From Gemmatimonadota bacterium (GTDB lineage: Bacteria > Gemmatimonadota > Gemmatimonadetes > Longimicrobiales > Gaopeijiaceae), in NCBI GenBank assembly GCA_034521595.1, contig JAXHMG010000003.1, forward strand, positions 1-64,000: a stretch of DNA of 64,000 nucleotides, read 5' to 3'. A program made the translations under genes and the position numbers. Under the pieces are notes generated by a model. That model ran no database searches, was not told the origin of the DNA, and was given only the letters and a program-made list of their open reading frames with translations. Of the stretch, positions 15,072-25,864 are shown piece after piece. The first letter of the stretch is position 1; the number at the start of each line of letters is the position of its first letter.

Positions 15072-15532
15072 TGATCCGATCCGAGCAGGAATATCAGAAG
15101 GCGCTCGAACGCCTGGAGAAGGATCAGGACGTACTCGTCGAGCAGCGCAAGCAGCTCGAGGATCTCGGACTCGGACCGGATGAGGTCGTACGCGCCCTCC
15201 AGCCACTCGAGTCGTTTCACGAGCAGCTTCGTGAAGAGGTCGAGGTCTACGAGCGCATGAGGCGAGGTGACCTTGGGGCGCTCCGAAACCTGACGAGCAT
15301 CGGCCGTTGGCTGATCGGAGTTCGGATTGCGAAGGGGCTCACCCAGCAGGAGCTGGCCGATCGGCTCGACGTTGCGCCGTCTCAGATCTCACGCGACGAG
15401 AGCAACGACTATCACGGCATCTCGGTCGAGCGCGCTCAGCGCATCCTCGAGGCACTCGGTGTCCGCTTCGAGGCCCATCTCACCGAACCCGTCCTCTCCG
15501 AAGCTGACCGTCGGGAACTAGTAGGCACCTGA
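15071..15532 (+). CDS. XRE-family HTH protein, putative antitoxin
   Basis: MIRSEQEY..RIAKGLTQQELADRLDVAPSQISRDE; translationally coupled to the upstream gene. Confidence 0.85.
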   Translation: MIRSEQEYQKALERLEKDQDVLVEQRKQLEDLGLGPDEVVRALQPLESFHEQLREEVEVYERMRRGDLGALRNLTSIGRWLIGVRIAKGLTQQELADRLDVAPSQISRDESNDYHGISVERAQRILEALGVRFEAHLTEPVLSEADRRELVGT

Positions 15533-15563
15533 GCCACCAACGTCTACGAGGCTCGATGTCCTA

Positions 15564-15731
15564 TAACGTTCAGATGTTGCCGACGTGGCCCGACCACGGG
15601 TCCCGCTCGACGGTGGCTGCCGGATTCGATGAATACGCGCTCAGGCTTGCTCACCGCGCCAGACCTAGTCTCCGGGCTACGATGCAGGGCCGGAGCGCCG
15701 CAGGGCGCGGAGCCGGCAACAGATCGCCTTA
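15564..15731 (-). repeat. attC-like site (right end degenerate)
   Basis: taacgttcagatgttgccgacgtggcccgaccacggg...ggagccggcaac; paralog of the site at 30923. Confidence 0.8.
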
Positions 15732-15824
15732 GAGGAAGCTCTAGCCGACGCCGGAGCAGGTTCAGTCAGCCGACCGAGCCCTCCCGCTGGAAACATATGC
15801 CTCTGCGGGACACAGCGCCACTCG

Positions 15825-16520
15825 ATGAGTCCAGACGACAAGATTCCGGTGTGGCTATCCGGAGAGGGGCGAACACCCTCCGCTTTCCCGACCGAGCTCT
15901 GGCTTGAAGCAGGCTTCCTTCTTCGGCGGCTCCAGCAGGGAGAAGAAGCTCAGCCTCCCTCATTCCCGGCCGATGCCCTCAGTCTGGGCGAGGGTGTCAC
16001 TGAGCTTCGGATCGTCGATCAAGGCATCACGTGGAGAATCACTGACTACGTCGATGCGGACGCGATCGTGATTCTGGACGTGTTGAAGAAGAAGTACCCG
16101 GGCAACACCGAAGAAGGTCATCGAGGTGTGCAGGGAACGGCTTCGGGACTACCGAAGTGTCCGGGACAGCTGAGGAGGAAATCCATGGACACCAAGACCA
16201 AGAAGAAGCTCGAAGCCGGCGGATGGAAGACCGGCGACGCCCGAGACTTCCTCGAGCTGTCGGACGCCGAGGCCGAGTTCATCGAGATGAAGCCGGCTCT
16301 CGGCCGAGGATCTCCGGGCCAGGCGCTTGGAGCGGACTTCTACCACCGATCCCCGGCCCTGGATTCGTCGGGTCGAGCCAGTCCAGAGTAGCCAAGATGG
16401 AAGCGTGCCGACCCGACTGTCTCAATTGATTTCCTGGTCAGGTCGCTCTTGAAGCTCGGCGCTGCACGGAAGGACTTGGCCAAGGCTTTGTCCGAGGGCC
16501 CACACCGAGCTGTGAGTTGA
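15825..16520 (+). pseudogene. Degenerate copy of the RelE/HigB-like + XRE TA cassette
   Basis: Near-identical to 31164-31849 with indels. Confidence 0.85.
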
Positions 16521-16592
16521 CTCCTTTACCGGGGATTGAACCCAATCACGGAGCCTACCCGCTGTAATCCCGAACCTGGTCTCAGTTCCGAG

Positions 16593-16746
16593 TAAGCTTA
16601 TCGGCACGTTGCCGACGTGGCCACCGCAGAAGCGCTCATCTTTCCTGAGACCTACGGAGTTCAGCTGACAGCTTACGACGCCCAGGCGGTCGAGGCCATG
16701 TAGGCCGGAGCGAACGAAGTGAGCGGAGCCGGAAACATACTTGTTA
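16593..16746 (-). repeat. attC-like site (left end degenerate)
   Basis: gttgccgacgtggcc...ggccatgtaggccggagcgaacgaagtgagcggagccggaaacatacttgtta. Confidence 0.8.
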
Positions 16747-16869
16747 TATGGCGTAGAGCCGCGCTCACCTCAGGCACTTCGCCGATCGATTCCGCCCGCA
16801 ACCCCCAAATTCAGGCCCCCTTCGTCTGCGCGACTATCACGTATGCCGTGATGCGTTATATTCTCTCTC

Positions 16870-17166
16870 ATGATCCAATCCTTCCTCGACCAGGGCACCG
16901 CGGATGTCTTCCAAGGAAAGAACTCCAAGAAGGCGACCAAGGCTTGTCCTCCTGATCTCAGGTCCGTGGCGAAAAGGAAGTTGGACCAACTCAATCAGGC
17001 ACATGTCCTCGAGGACTTACGAGTTCCTCCCAGGAACCGCCTCGAGGCACTGAAGGATGACCGGAAGGGCCAACACAGCATTCGGATCAACCGGCAGTTC
17101 CGCGTCTGCTTCCGATGGACCACCGCAGGTCCTGAGGATGTAGAAATCGTGGACTACCATAGCTAG
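16870..17166 (+). CDS. higB: HigB toxin (plasmid maintenance system killer family)
   Basis: MIQSF..DLRVPPRNRLEALKDDRKGQHSIRINRQFRVCFRW..EIVDYH. Confidence 0.92.
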   Translation: MIQSFLDQGTADVFQGKNSKKATKACPPDLRSVAKRKLDQLNQAHVLEDLRVPPRNRLEALKDDRKGQHSIRINRQFRVCFRWTTAGPEDVEIVDYHS

Positions 17167-17177
17167 GAAGGCGAGAC

Positions 17178-17477
17178 ATGCTCCCCACAAACCGACCCCC
17201 GACCCATCCCGGTGAGATGCTCCGAGAGGAGTTTCTCGAGCCCTTGGGCATGACGCAGACGGAACTCGCCGAGCGTATCCACGTCTCCTTCCCTCGTGTG
17301 AACGAGATCGTGAATGGTCGCCGCGGCATCACACCCGACACGGCCCTCCGCCTCTCTCGTCTCTTCGGCACGTCGGCTGAGTTCTGGCTGAACGGTCAGA
17401 GGAACTGGGACCTCTGGCACGCCCTCCATTCCGATGCCGCCAAGGAACTTAAGCAGATCGAGCCCGTGGTGGCCTGA
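17178..17477 (+). CDS. higA: HigA antitoxin
   Basis: PTHPGEMLREEFLEPLGMTQ..RGITPDTALRLSRLFGTSAEFWLN. Confidence 0.92.
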   Translation: MLPTNRPPTHPGEMLREEFLEPLGMTQTELAERIHVSFPRVNEIVNGRRGITPDTALRLSRLFGTSAEFWLNGQRNWDLWHALHSDAAKELKQIEPVVA

Positions 17478-17548
17478 GGCCTATCTCAGAACACCTCCCG
17501 TCCAACTGAGCCTGCCGGCCAATCCTCGGACCCAGGCTCTATGTCATA

Positions 17549-17701
17549 TAACGTTCAGATGTTTCCGACGTGGCCCACCACCGCTCCTGGGGGAGCCGGC
17601 CGCCCGTCATGAATACGGCTTAGGCGCTCACCCCGCCACACGCGCTCCGGGCCATGTAGGGGGAGCGAGCGCAGCGAGCGGACCCGGAAACATTCTTGTT
17701 A
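17549..17701 (-). repeat. attC-like site
   Basis: taacgttcagatgtttccgacgtggccc...ggccatgtagggggagcgagcgcagcgagcggacccggaaacattcttgtta. Confidence 0.92.
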
Positions 17702-18833
17702 TGGGACGTGTGTTGTCGCTCGGCGAGTCACCATGCTCCCCGCTCCACAAGAGCATGACCACGATTCCCTTACGGCTTGGTGAGTTCCAACATGACCACC
17801 GCCGGCACGTCGACTCATTGAGGCGAACAGCCAAGATGTGCGTATCCGTGATGTCGAGCAGAGTGACGTACCCTGGCAGTTCCACCCATCCTTGTAGCGT
17901 CCCGTCACGAGTAATGACATGCCATCTGTCCGGGGGTTGGATGGGAAGGCCCGCACCTGGCCGACCACGTTGCCGACCCATCCACATGGAAACCGTCCCA
18001 GTAGGGCAAAGGCCCGTCATGTCGATCCAGGCCTTCCTCCAGTCTTGCGATCTCAGCGTTGATGAAGGCCTCTTCGGCACCGCGGGCGGCGTAGGCCTCG
18101 CGGTAGGCTTGCGCCATATCCTGCTCCCAATCCGGAGTCAACGGAAACGGCTGCTCCTCCCAACGCGCGACCTGCAGCAGACGCCCCGAACTGTCGTACC
18201 AAGTGACTTCCGGACGATCCGAACGTGCCCAGGCAAACCCGTCGGCAAACCCTCCCGCGCGACCCTTGACCGAAATGGGTCCAGGCCCTGCTCCTCGCCG
18301 GGCCCCGTACCACCCGTCTGAGTATGAGGCAACTCGGCCAAGGTATCCGTTTCGGCCTCGACGGAGACCAGGTAATGAGGATCGGCTGCATCTCGATAAC
18401 CCATTGGGGCCGCATTCAGACACCCGCTGTAGCCGTTCTCCGGGTACGAGGAAGAACACGCCCGTCAGCAAATGCCGATGGAGGCGTAGTGGAGGAAGCT
18501 GCCCGGAAGGGGCTCATCGCCACTCACTCCTCCCTCCCCTCGAGAGGACCGCGATTCGCCGGAGCCTCCCGTCCGTCACAATGACTGAGTCGCCGCCGGG
18601 AGATCAGCGCATCAAGGCCCTGATACTCCCCGGGACCTTCTCCCTTGCGGCCCCATACCTCCAGCACTGTCCCGTCAGGGGCGAGCCGATAGATCTTCCC
18701 TCTTGCCGTACTCACCGACGAGCGCCCGACCATCCGGCACGATCTGGCCTGACTGCACCCAGGTGAACGTCGGATCACCAGCCGCCCAACCGAGTGAGAA
18801 AAGAGGCTCCGAATTGGCGGTCCACTCCGCCGA

Positions 18834-21197
18834 TGTCAACGCCGGTTCGAAGTCGAAGGTCTGCGAGACGGAGTAGAGTTTGCACGCTCTTCCGGGTCGG
18901 GGTGGGTCGGTCGGCCGGGGCGTGGTTTCTCCTGGCTCAGGGGGTGGGGACGGCGAGGCCGGCGTTTCTTCGGTGGCGGAGCCGGTAGCTTTCGCCGCGG
19001 ATATTGATCGTCGTGGCGTGGTGCAACAGACGGTCGAGCAGGGCGGTGGCGAGGACGGGATCGGGGAAGATCTCGTCCCATTGGCCGAAGCTTTTGTTGG
19101 ACGTGACGATGATGGATTTGTGGGCCTGGTAGCGCTTGTTGACGACCTCGAAGAGGAACGTGGCATCGGGCTGTTCGAGGGGCACGAAGCCGAGCTCGTC
19201 GAGGACGAGGACTTTGGGCCGGGTCAGAACACGGAGCAGCACATCGAGCCGGTTCTTCTCGCGATGGGCTCGGAAGCGGGTCACGAGGTCATGGAGGGTG
19301 AGGAAGTAGACGCGGTGGCCCTGCTCGATGGCCTTGAGGGCGAGGCCGATGCTGAGATGCGTCTTTCCGACACCACAGGGGCCGAGCAGGAGCACGTTCT
19401 CGCCCTGATGCAGGAAGCGCAGCGTGGCGAGCTCGTCGAGGACATCCTTGGGCACCTGAGGCTGAGCCTCGTAGTCGAAGTCTTCGAGCGTCTTGGACGC
19501 CGGAAGGCCGCTGAGCTTGAGGTTGGTGGCCACGCGCCGCTCGAAGCGAGCGTCGAGCTCATGGGTGAGGAGCTCGTCGAGGACCTCGACGGTGAGTTTG
19601 TCCTTCTTCTGGCCCCGCTCCAGGATCTCATCGAGAGCCGTGAGCGCGGCCTCCATCTTGAGCCGATCGAGCTGGTCGCGGACCCGTTCATAGCTGACCG
19701 CCGCACTCATGAGGCGCCCACCGCGAGCAACGCCTCATAGGCATCGAGGCCCTGGATCTCGACGACGGGCGCGACCTGCTTGAGGCGATCGAGTCGACCG
19801 ACGACCGGCTCGGCCGCCGCTACGCGCTGCACGAAGCGAGGCGGGCCGCCTCGTCTCCCGTACGCCTTCTGAGCACTGCCACGTGTGAGCTTGCGGATCG
19901 CCTCGGCGTGCTCGGCGAGCGTGACACGGCCGGCTCCCTTAGGTCGGACGCGATGCCGGACCAGGAGGTCGGGGCCGAGGTAGACGGCCAAGACGTCCGT
20001 GCCCTCGGGGCGCACCATCACCGTGTGGCCCACCGCGGTCGGGGGCACGCTGTAGCGGACGCCTCGGAAGCTGAGTGAGCATCAGCGGCCACCTTGCCGG
20101 ATCTCGACGGGCCACATGTCGTAGGCCGGCACCGCGCTCGCTCGCCGGAGCTCGGGAAGCTCGAACAGGTAGCGATCAGTCGGCCGCTCGCCGTTGTGCC
20201 GTGCACCCGTACGTTGGCCGTGCCCTCGATCCAACGATCGAGCTGACGGTTCAGATCCTCAAAGATCCGTGAAGTGGCGGCCCTCGAGGAACGAGCGCTT
20301 CACGTAGCCCACGCCCCGCTCGACCTTGCCCTTCACGCGAGGCCGGTGCGGCGGACTCGCCACCGGCAGCACCTCGTAGTGCTCGCAGAAGTCCAAGACG
20401 TACAGTTCCAGCGTACCGCGCCCGTCGCCACGTACGTATCCTCGGCCTCATGTACTTGAGCAGGCAACTGGGCGCGCCGAGGCGCTCGAACGCCTCCTTC
20501 ATGCACGCCAGCAGGGTCGGCCGCTTCATCGACGTCGTGAAGCGCGCATCACCTCCGGCGGCTGTAGCCGGACCGAAGAGATGAACGCGCACCAGCTTGC
20601 GTTCGCCGCCCTGCTGATCGTACCGCGCTCGCCCCAGTCGATCTGGCCTGAGCGACCCGGCAGCGTCTCGAAGCGCTCCACGACCCGACGCGCGCATGCT
20701 CTGCCTTCAGCGGACGCACGAAGTCGCGGAGGATCGTGAGCCCACCCTCGTAGCCAAGCCCCTGGGGCTCTCGCTTCAGCACCGTGGCCGACAAGTGGAA
20801 GGCCTAGGGCCAGCCCGGATGTAGTCCTTGTACGGGATCGAGCTTCGAAGCCCGCCCGGCCCGGGGCTTCGGATCAGGCTCGGTCCGGTTCAAATGGTTG
20901 TAAACCGTCTGGCGCGTCACGCCCTGGCGGCGCGCGATCTCGGTGATCGTCACGCCCTCTTCGGCCAAAAATTTGATCTGCATGTGCTTCTCCCGTAGCA
21001 TCATCTGTCTCGAAGTCCTCCGGTGCGTGGGGCCGATCCTTGGTCGGACGACCCCAACCTAGCGCGCGGAGGGCTTCTTTTTGGGTGAGGGGTTCGGGGC
21101 CTGCGCGCCTGCGGCGCTCGGGCCCACGGCTCCCGCGGCTACGGAAGTGTCAAATTCTCAACCGTCGCTTCTGTCCAAGATCAAACCGGTGGGGACA
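18834..21197 (-). mobile_element. IS21-family element
   Basis: TGTC...GACA ends and CCGA target duplication relative to the intact copy at ~33810; istA ~19707-21004 (frameshifted). Confidence 0.9.
18937..19710 (-). CDS. istB: IstB AAA+ ATPase helper
   Basis: GPCGVGKT Walker A, LVLDELG, SIIVTSN, ALLDRLLHH, GESYRL. Confidence 0.95.
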   Translation of the reverse strand: MSAAVSYERVRDQLDRLKMEAALTALDEILERGQKKDKLTVEVLDELLTHELDARFERRVATNLKLSGLPASKTLEDFDYEAQPQVPKDVLDELATLRFLHQGENVLLLGPCGVGKTHLSIGLALKAIEQGHRVYFLTLHDLVTRFRAHREKNRLDVLLRVLTRPKVLVLDELGFVPLEQPDATFLFEVVNKRYQAHKSIIVTSNKSFGQWDEIFPDPVLATALLDRLLHHATTINIRGESYRLRHRRNAGLAVPTP

Positions 21198-21409
21198 CCG
21201 AGCCCGGCGTACCATTCTGCACAATGCGGATACCCGACGAATCGGTCACCACGGCCTCGGCGCGGCCAGCGGTTTGTGCCCTCTGGTCCACATGCCGACC
21301 CTAGGAGACTGAGAACCAGTGCTCCCGCTAGCTTCGGACTCTTCAATGGGGAAGCCTCCAGCTCAGTGATAGGTCAAACCCGGGATCCGACCCAACAACA
21401 CATGTCCCA

Positions 21410-21558
21410 TAACGTTCAGATGTTTCCGACGTGGCCACCACCAGAGCGTCCACGCTACCTCGCCGAGCATACGCTGCGACCTGCTCCTGCGCCACATTTG
21501 TCCGAGGCCATGTAGGTCGGAGCGAACGAAGTGAGCGGAGCCGGAAACATTCTTGTTA
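21410..21558 (-). repeat. attC-like site
   Basis: taacgttcagatgtttccgacgtggcc...ggccatgtaggtcggagcgaacgaagtgagcggagccggaaacattcttgtta. Confidence 0.92.
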
Positions 21559-21586
21559 TACGCCGTGCGCGTCCATGCAATAGCAC

Positions 21587-22246
21587 TCAAGAGGTTACTC
21601 TTGGCCTCGCGCGCAAAACGAGAGTTGGTACGCTCAGAACTTTAGGATCTTCAAGGAGTCCAGCTCTTAGCAGAGCTGCTCCCGCCAAGGAATGAACTTC
21701 TCCGTCCTCGATGGCGTGAGATGACCTGGGGTCGGGCAGGGCATCAACGAAGGTCCGTACGGCAATCGCAGCGTCCTCACCGTGAGCGTTCTCGGTACCC
21801 GAATATTTCGCGTCGCCGGTAACGAACGCCTCCCAAATGAAGAGACCCTCCAAAGCCGACTCAAATCGGCTCCAATCCACGAACCCCCTCACTTTACGAT
21901 CCACCCGTTCTGCGACGCGAGTCAGGATCCACGGGACTTGAATGGCGCCAAGAGTGAACACCGCGAGACCGGCCCCTGCTGACCACGCCCGATTCCCTTC
22001 GCCAGACCGGGCCAACATCATGTCGTGGACCGAAACTCGCACAGGGATGTAGAGCGGACATTCGAAGCCCAAGGCGACCTTTGAGCCCGTGCTCAGGTCG
22101 GCTGCGACGGCTGTAGCCAAGTCATCCGGCGAGAGACCAAACCGGATCTCCTCTGGATGGCTCGTCTGTGCGCGGGCCCACCCGAAACGCCCTCGCTTCA
22201 CCGACCCGATGTCGGCGCAATAGACAACCATTTCTGAGCCGTTCAC
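21587..22246 (-). CDS. Hypothetical protein, possible RNase H-fold nuclease (DUF429-like)
   Basis: VVYCADIGS..VALGFECPL..WEAF..EDAAIA pattern; clean ORF filling the cassette. Confidence 0.6.
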   Translation of the reverse strand: MNGSEMVVYCADIGSVKRGRFGWARAQTSHPEEIRFGLSPDDLATAVAADLSTGSKVALGFECPLYIPVRVSVHDMMLARSGEGNRAWSAGAGLAVFTLGAIQVPWILTRVAERVDRKVRGFVDWSRFESALEGLFIWEAFVTGDAKYSGTENAHGEDAAIAVRTFVDALPDPRSSHAIEDGEVHSLAGAALLRAGLLEDPKVLSVPTLVLRARPRVTS

Positions 22247-22250
22247 CGGA

Positions 22251-22592
22251 TCAAGGCACGAGCTGGAAACGATTCTCTGTCAATCGGACCAGCTCCATCT
22301 CGGGCGGGTGGCCGCGAGGCCATTCGAGGTTACGGTGCTTCGCTAGCCATTCCCGGATCACCGGGCGACCGCGGTCGCGGATTTCCGGACATTGGTTCCA
22401 GAATCCAGGAGTGATCGAGAAGCTCTGACGCTCTCCGTCGAGCTCGATCTGAACTTGCTCCCAGTCTTGATCGAAATAGCGGTCGCGTTGCCGCGCGCCA
22501 ATCCGGAGCCCATAGGTCCGCCCACCATTGTTCCAGGCCGTGACTCGCAGCCGTCCGTTTTCTCGTTCCATCCTTGGTCTACTCCCACCCAA
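22251..22592 (-). CDS. Hypothetical protein
   Basis: Trp-rich ORF (VTAWNNG..YGLRI..FWNQCPEIR..WPRGHPP), 4 bp upstream of the next gene. Confidence 0.7.
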   Translation of the reverse strand: MGGSRPRMERENGRLRVTAWNNGGRTYGLRIGARQRDRYFDQDWEQVQIELDGERQSFSITPGFWNQCPEIRDRGRPVIREWLAKHRNLEWPRGHPPEMELVRLTENRFQLVP

Positions 22593-22603
22593 AGCATGGC
22601 GTA

Positions 22604-22756
22604 TAACGTTCAGATGTTTCCGACGTGGCCCACCACCGCTCCCGGGGGAGCTGGCCGCCCGTCATGAATACGGCTTAGACGCTCAACCCGCCACACACGC
22701 TCGGGGCCATGTAGGTGGAGCGGGCGCAGCCCGCGTAACCGGAAACATTCTTGTTA
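22604..22756 (-). repeat. attC-like site
   Basis: taacgttcagatgtttccgacgtggccc...ggccatgtaggtggagcgggcgcagcccgcgtaaccggaaacattcttgtta. Confidence 0.92.
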
Positions 22757-22853
22757 ACTGACGTGTGCCGTGGACCGAGTAGGCAAGAGGTACGGATCGC
22801 CTGTCGGATGGTTTTCACGACCTTCCCTTGGCGGTTGCTGCGAGAGCCAGGCG

Positions 22854-23138
22854 CTACCGCTCTGGCAACTCCTGACGCACGTGGCTCAAGGTGAGGATCT
22901 CGACCTGCTCGGGCGAGACCTCGTAGATGACGCGGTAGGGCTCGTAGAAGATCTCGCGGACGGTTTCGTCACCCCACTCGGGCACGATACGCCCCTGATC
23001 GGGAAGGTCTCGAAGTAGCTCGACCCTCTCGGCGAGACCCTCCAACCATTGGACTGACACGAGCGGACGATCCTTTTCGATGAAGTCGACCGCTTGCTGC
23101 GCTTTCCGCCTGGCCGTGGGCGACCAGACGATTCTCAC
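22854..23138 (-). CDS. RelE/ParE family toxin
   Basis: MRIVWSPTA..FIEKDRP..PDQGRIVPE..REIFYEPYRVIY. Confidence 0.9.
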   Translation of the reverse strand: MRIVWSPTARRKAQQAVDFIEKDRPLVSVQWLEGLAERVELLRDLPDQGRIVPEWGDETVREIFYEPYRVIYEVSPEQVEILTLSHVRQELPER

Positions 23139-23425
23139 CGCTTCAGCCTTGAGCGCAATTCAGCGACGACCTCGTCGTGTGCGATGCCTTCCCCACGAGC
23201 CAACTCAGCCCGAGCGTCCCGGATGTCGTGGATGAGCTCGACCTGTTGGACCAGGGCCTCGTATTCATCGACATCGAGAACGACCGCAGCGCTTCTGCCG
23301 TGTTGGGTCAGGACTAGCGGACGCTTCGTAGCGCGGACCTGCTCGAGGAAGCCCGCAGCATTGGCCCGAAACGCGGAAAGTGGCTGAACATCTTGGCTAG
23401 GCTTCAAGGGTCGGCGCGCCTCCAT
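23135..23425 (-). CDS. Phd/YefM family antitoxin
   Basis: PLSAFRANAAGFLEQVRATKRPLVLTQHGRSAAVVLDVDEYE. Confidence 0.9.
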   Translation of the reverse strand: MEARRPLKPSQDVQPLSAFRANAAGFLEQVRATKRPLVLTQHGRSAAVVLDVDEYEALVQQVELIHDIRDARAELARGEGIAHDEVVAELRSRLKR

Positions 23426-23523
23426 GGTACTCTGTATGGTACCACGAACAGTACCGACAGATGGCCTGTCTGGCAACTTCCTGCCAACTCCTTCCGGAAT
23501 CCGACCTAAAGGCACATGTCAGT

Positions 23524-23672
23524 TAACGTTCAGATGTTTCCGACGTGGCCACCACCGAAACATCCGAGTGACCTGCCCGAGCATACGGTGCGATCTGCTC
23601 CCGCGCCACGATAGCCTGAAGGCCATGTAGGGGGAGCGAGCGCAGCGAGCGGACCCAGAAACATACTTGTTA
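23524..23672 (-). repeat. attC-like site
   Basis: taacgttcagatgtttccgacgtggcc...ggccatgtagggggagcgagcgcagcgagcggacccagaaacatacttgtta. Confidence 0.92.
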
Positions 23673-24088
23673 TAGGACGTTGGCCTCCGCCACGCCTACC
23701 CAACCCTTACGACCGAGAACCAGTCGTACCGCTCGGCGTCGGCGGGCCCCCTTCGGAGGAAGGCGCGGCTCAAGAAGGAACCGAGTTCAGAGTCCCCGAG
23801 CGAGGTAACAGCGTTGCGGGTGTGGGATCCCGAGGATGGGAGCCGCGCCCAACTCCAGAACCTGGCCCCGGCGACGCGGGGTGCCTCCGACGATGGGGTG
23901 CCGAGGTTACTGAGCCTCGTGGAAACGAAGGAGCTGCGGGCTTGGCGTCGGCTCCAGACTGAGGCGCGAGCCGGAAACAACAAGTGCCCCCGCAGGGGGC
24001 AAGGGGGTAGCACGGGGTCGCGAAGGTGAAGGGCATCGGTCAGCGGGAGCCGACGCAAAGAACCACAACCGCTCGGGCCAATGTTCTA
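23673..24088. other. ORF-less cassette, possible structured RNA
   Basis: No recognisable protein; several short hairpins; intact cassette terminal inverted repeats. Confidence 0.5.
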
Positions 24089-24238
24089 TAACGTTCAGAT
24101 GTTTCCGACGTGGCCATCACCGGCCGGTCCACGCGAACCTGCTCGAGAATACGCTGCACCTCGTTCCCGGGCCACACTCGTCTGAAGGCCATGTAGGTGG
24201 AGCGGGCGAAGCCCGCGGAACCGGAAACATTCTTGTTA
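24089..24238 (-). repeat. attC-like site
   Basis: taacgttcagatgtttccgacgtggcc...ggccatgtaggtggagcgggcgaagcccgcggaaccggaaacattcttgtta. Confidence 0.92.
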
Positions 24239-24357
24239 TCGGAAGTCGGGCCGCGCTTCCAGGTTCAGCCTGGTAATCGCTCGAATCAGCTTCTCCGAAT
24301 TTCTCTAGACCCCGACCTCGCGCTCACAGTGTCCTTGAGGTTCCTACCGGGTCAAAC

Positions 24358-24861
24358 TTAGGACCCGGTAGGGACGCCGAGTTGACGGCGGAGCCCGAGT
24401 TGATCATCCACCTCCCAGAGTTCCACCATTCGGTCGCCCTCGAAGCGCATAAACATCATCACTGCCATCTCGACCTGTTCACCGGTGGCATCCAAATCGA
24501 GCCACGGCGCTTCGTGAGTTCCTGTGAGGGTAGCTCGAACTGCGACCCGATCTCCCTCCACGACCAAGTCGTTGATCTCCATCCTCAAGTCCGGAAACGC
24601 TTGTCGCCACCGGATCACGGCTGAAGTCAACTCCGCCCGCGTGACGATTCGCACGTCTCCCGCATAATCAAAGCGTACGGTATCTGCGACGGTCTCCGAG
24701 AAGACCGCGACGTTCCCTTGACTCCAGCCATCGCCGAACGTCCGCTCGACTACCGCTCTGAGATCAGAAGCCGATTGGCGTTCTTCTCCCGTGCACCCGA
24801 GACCGATCGTAGCAATGATCAGCAGCAGGACTGTGCACGACCACGTCTGTCGATACTTCAT
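24358..24861 (-). CDS. SnoaL-like ester cyclase family lipoprotein
   Basis: AFPDLRMEINDLVVEGDRVAVRATLTGTH..ATG..LGLRRQLG; lipobox GLGC. Confidence 0.88.
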   Translation of the reverse strand: MKYRQTWSCTVLLLIIATIGLGCTGEERQSASDLRAVVERTFGDGWSQGNVAVFSETVADTVRFDYAGDVRIVTRAELTSAVIRWRQAFPDLRMEINDLVVEGDRVAVRATLTGTHEAPWLDLDATGEQVEMAVMMFMRFEGDRMVELWEVDDQLGLRRQLGVPTGS

Positions 24862-24959
24862 CGCGTCTCCGTTCCGATCGAACTGCAACGCGCTTGAGCG
24901 TAGTCGAGCCACGCTTCCCGATTCAGCATGACCATCGCTCCGGTTGGTTTTTCCGAAGG

Positions 24960-25070
24960 TCTCTTTTCGTCTGAGAGCAGAGCAGGGGCCAGCTGAATAA
25001 ACGCACCCTCCCCGAGACTCTTATACCTACGATACTCGCCCTCGAGGAAGCCGACCCTCGCGCGTCCCAT
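24960..25070 (-). pseudogene. Possible DUF1572-like N-terminal remnant
   Basis: EYRRYKSLGEGAFIQL motif. Confidence 0.4.
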
Positions 25071-25154
25071 GACGTCCTCGCCTGACGACCCACAACCCAC
25101 CAAATCGATGGTCGAACCCGTCCGCTAACTCCCGAACCCAGGCCCGATTTCCGA

Positions 25155-25305
25155 TAACGTTCTTGTGTTGCCGACGTGGCCCACCACCAGCGGGCTCACA
25201 AATCGGCTACCGGGGAATACGCGCCACCCCGTTCTCGCGCTATAAACGTCTCGGGCCATGTAGGTCGGAGCGAACGAAGTGAGCGGAGCCGGCAACACTT
25301 TGTTA
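25155..25305 (-). repeat. attC-like site (variant arms gtgttgccg/cggcaacac)
   Basis: taacgttcttgtgttgccgacgtggccc...ggagccggcaacactttgtta. Confidence 0.92.
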
Positions 25306-25402
25306 TCTGATGTGCACTCCGCCGCTCTTCGACTCTGCCACCTCCGGCGTTCCGCGCGGATCACTGTACCGAAGAAACGAAAGAAGGGGGCATCGCGATC
25401 TT

Positions 25403-25864
25403 CTAACTTTCGGCCGCGTGGACTACGACCGAGCGTACAATGTCCATGGAGGCGCCGTCCGGGTCTCTAGTGCGGACACGTACCTCTGCCTCGCCGGACG
25501 TGTCAAAACGCACCGCGGCGCGATGCTCGTAGTACACTCGCGGTGTGGTGCATGACCCTTCTCGGAACCGATCAAACGGGGTCACGATGGCCACTGCTCC
25601 GGAAACCTCTACTTCGGTTCCGTCCATAGATGAGCATCCGTTCCCGAATGTGACGACAACGACATCGAAACTCTCTCCTACCAAGGCCGATGCAGGAACT
25701 TCCACTCGGCTCTCGGGATCAGCCAAGTCCACGGTGCCGATCACGCGATTGGTTTCGGGCCCGAAGATGCCACACCCCATACTCAGCAGTGATAACACCG
25801 CTAGAACGCCGACCGGCCAAGGGATGCCAGGGAGCGCTGCTCGTTTCGGTCGCTGACGATTCAT
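25403..25864 (-). CDS. Hypothetical lipoprotein
   Basis: Signal peptide with lipobox SMGC; RBS ggagg upstream. Confidence 0.75.
   Translation of the reverse strand: MNRQRPKRAALPGIPWPVGVLAVLSLLSMGCGIFGPETNRVIGTVDLADPESRVEVPASALVGESFDVVVVTFGNGCSSMDGTEVEVSGAVAIVTPFDRFREGSCTTPRVYYEHRAAVRFDTSGEAEVRVRTRDPDGASMDIVRSVVVHAAES

Larger units (their letters stand above)
17792..21346 (-). pseudogene. Secreted beta-propeller lipoprotein, second copy, disrupted by IS21
   Basis: Paralog of 32771-33961, split at 18834-21197. Confidence 0.85.
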
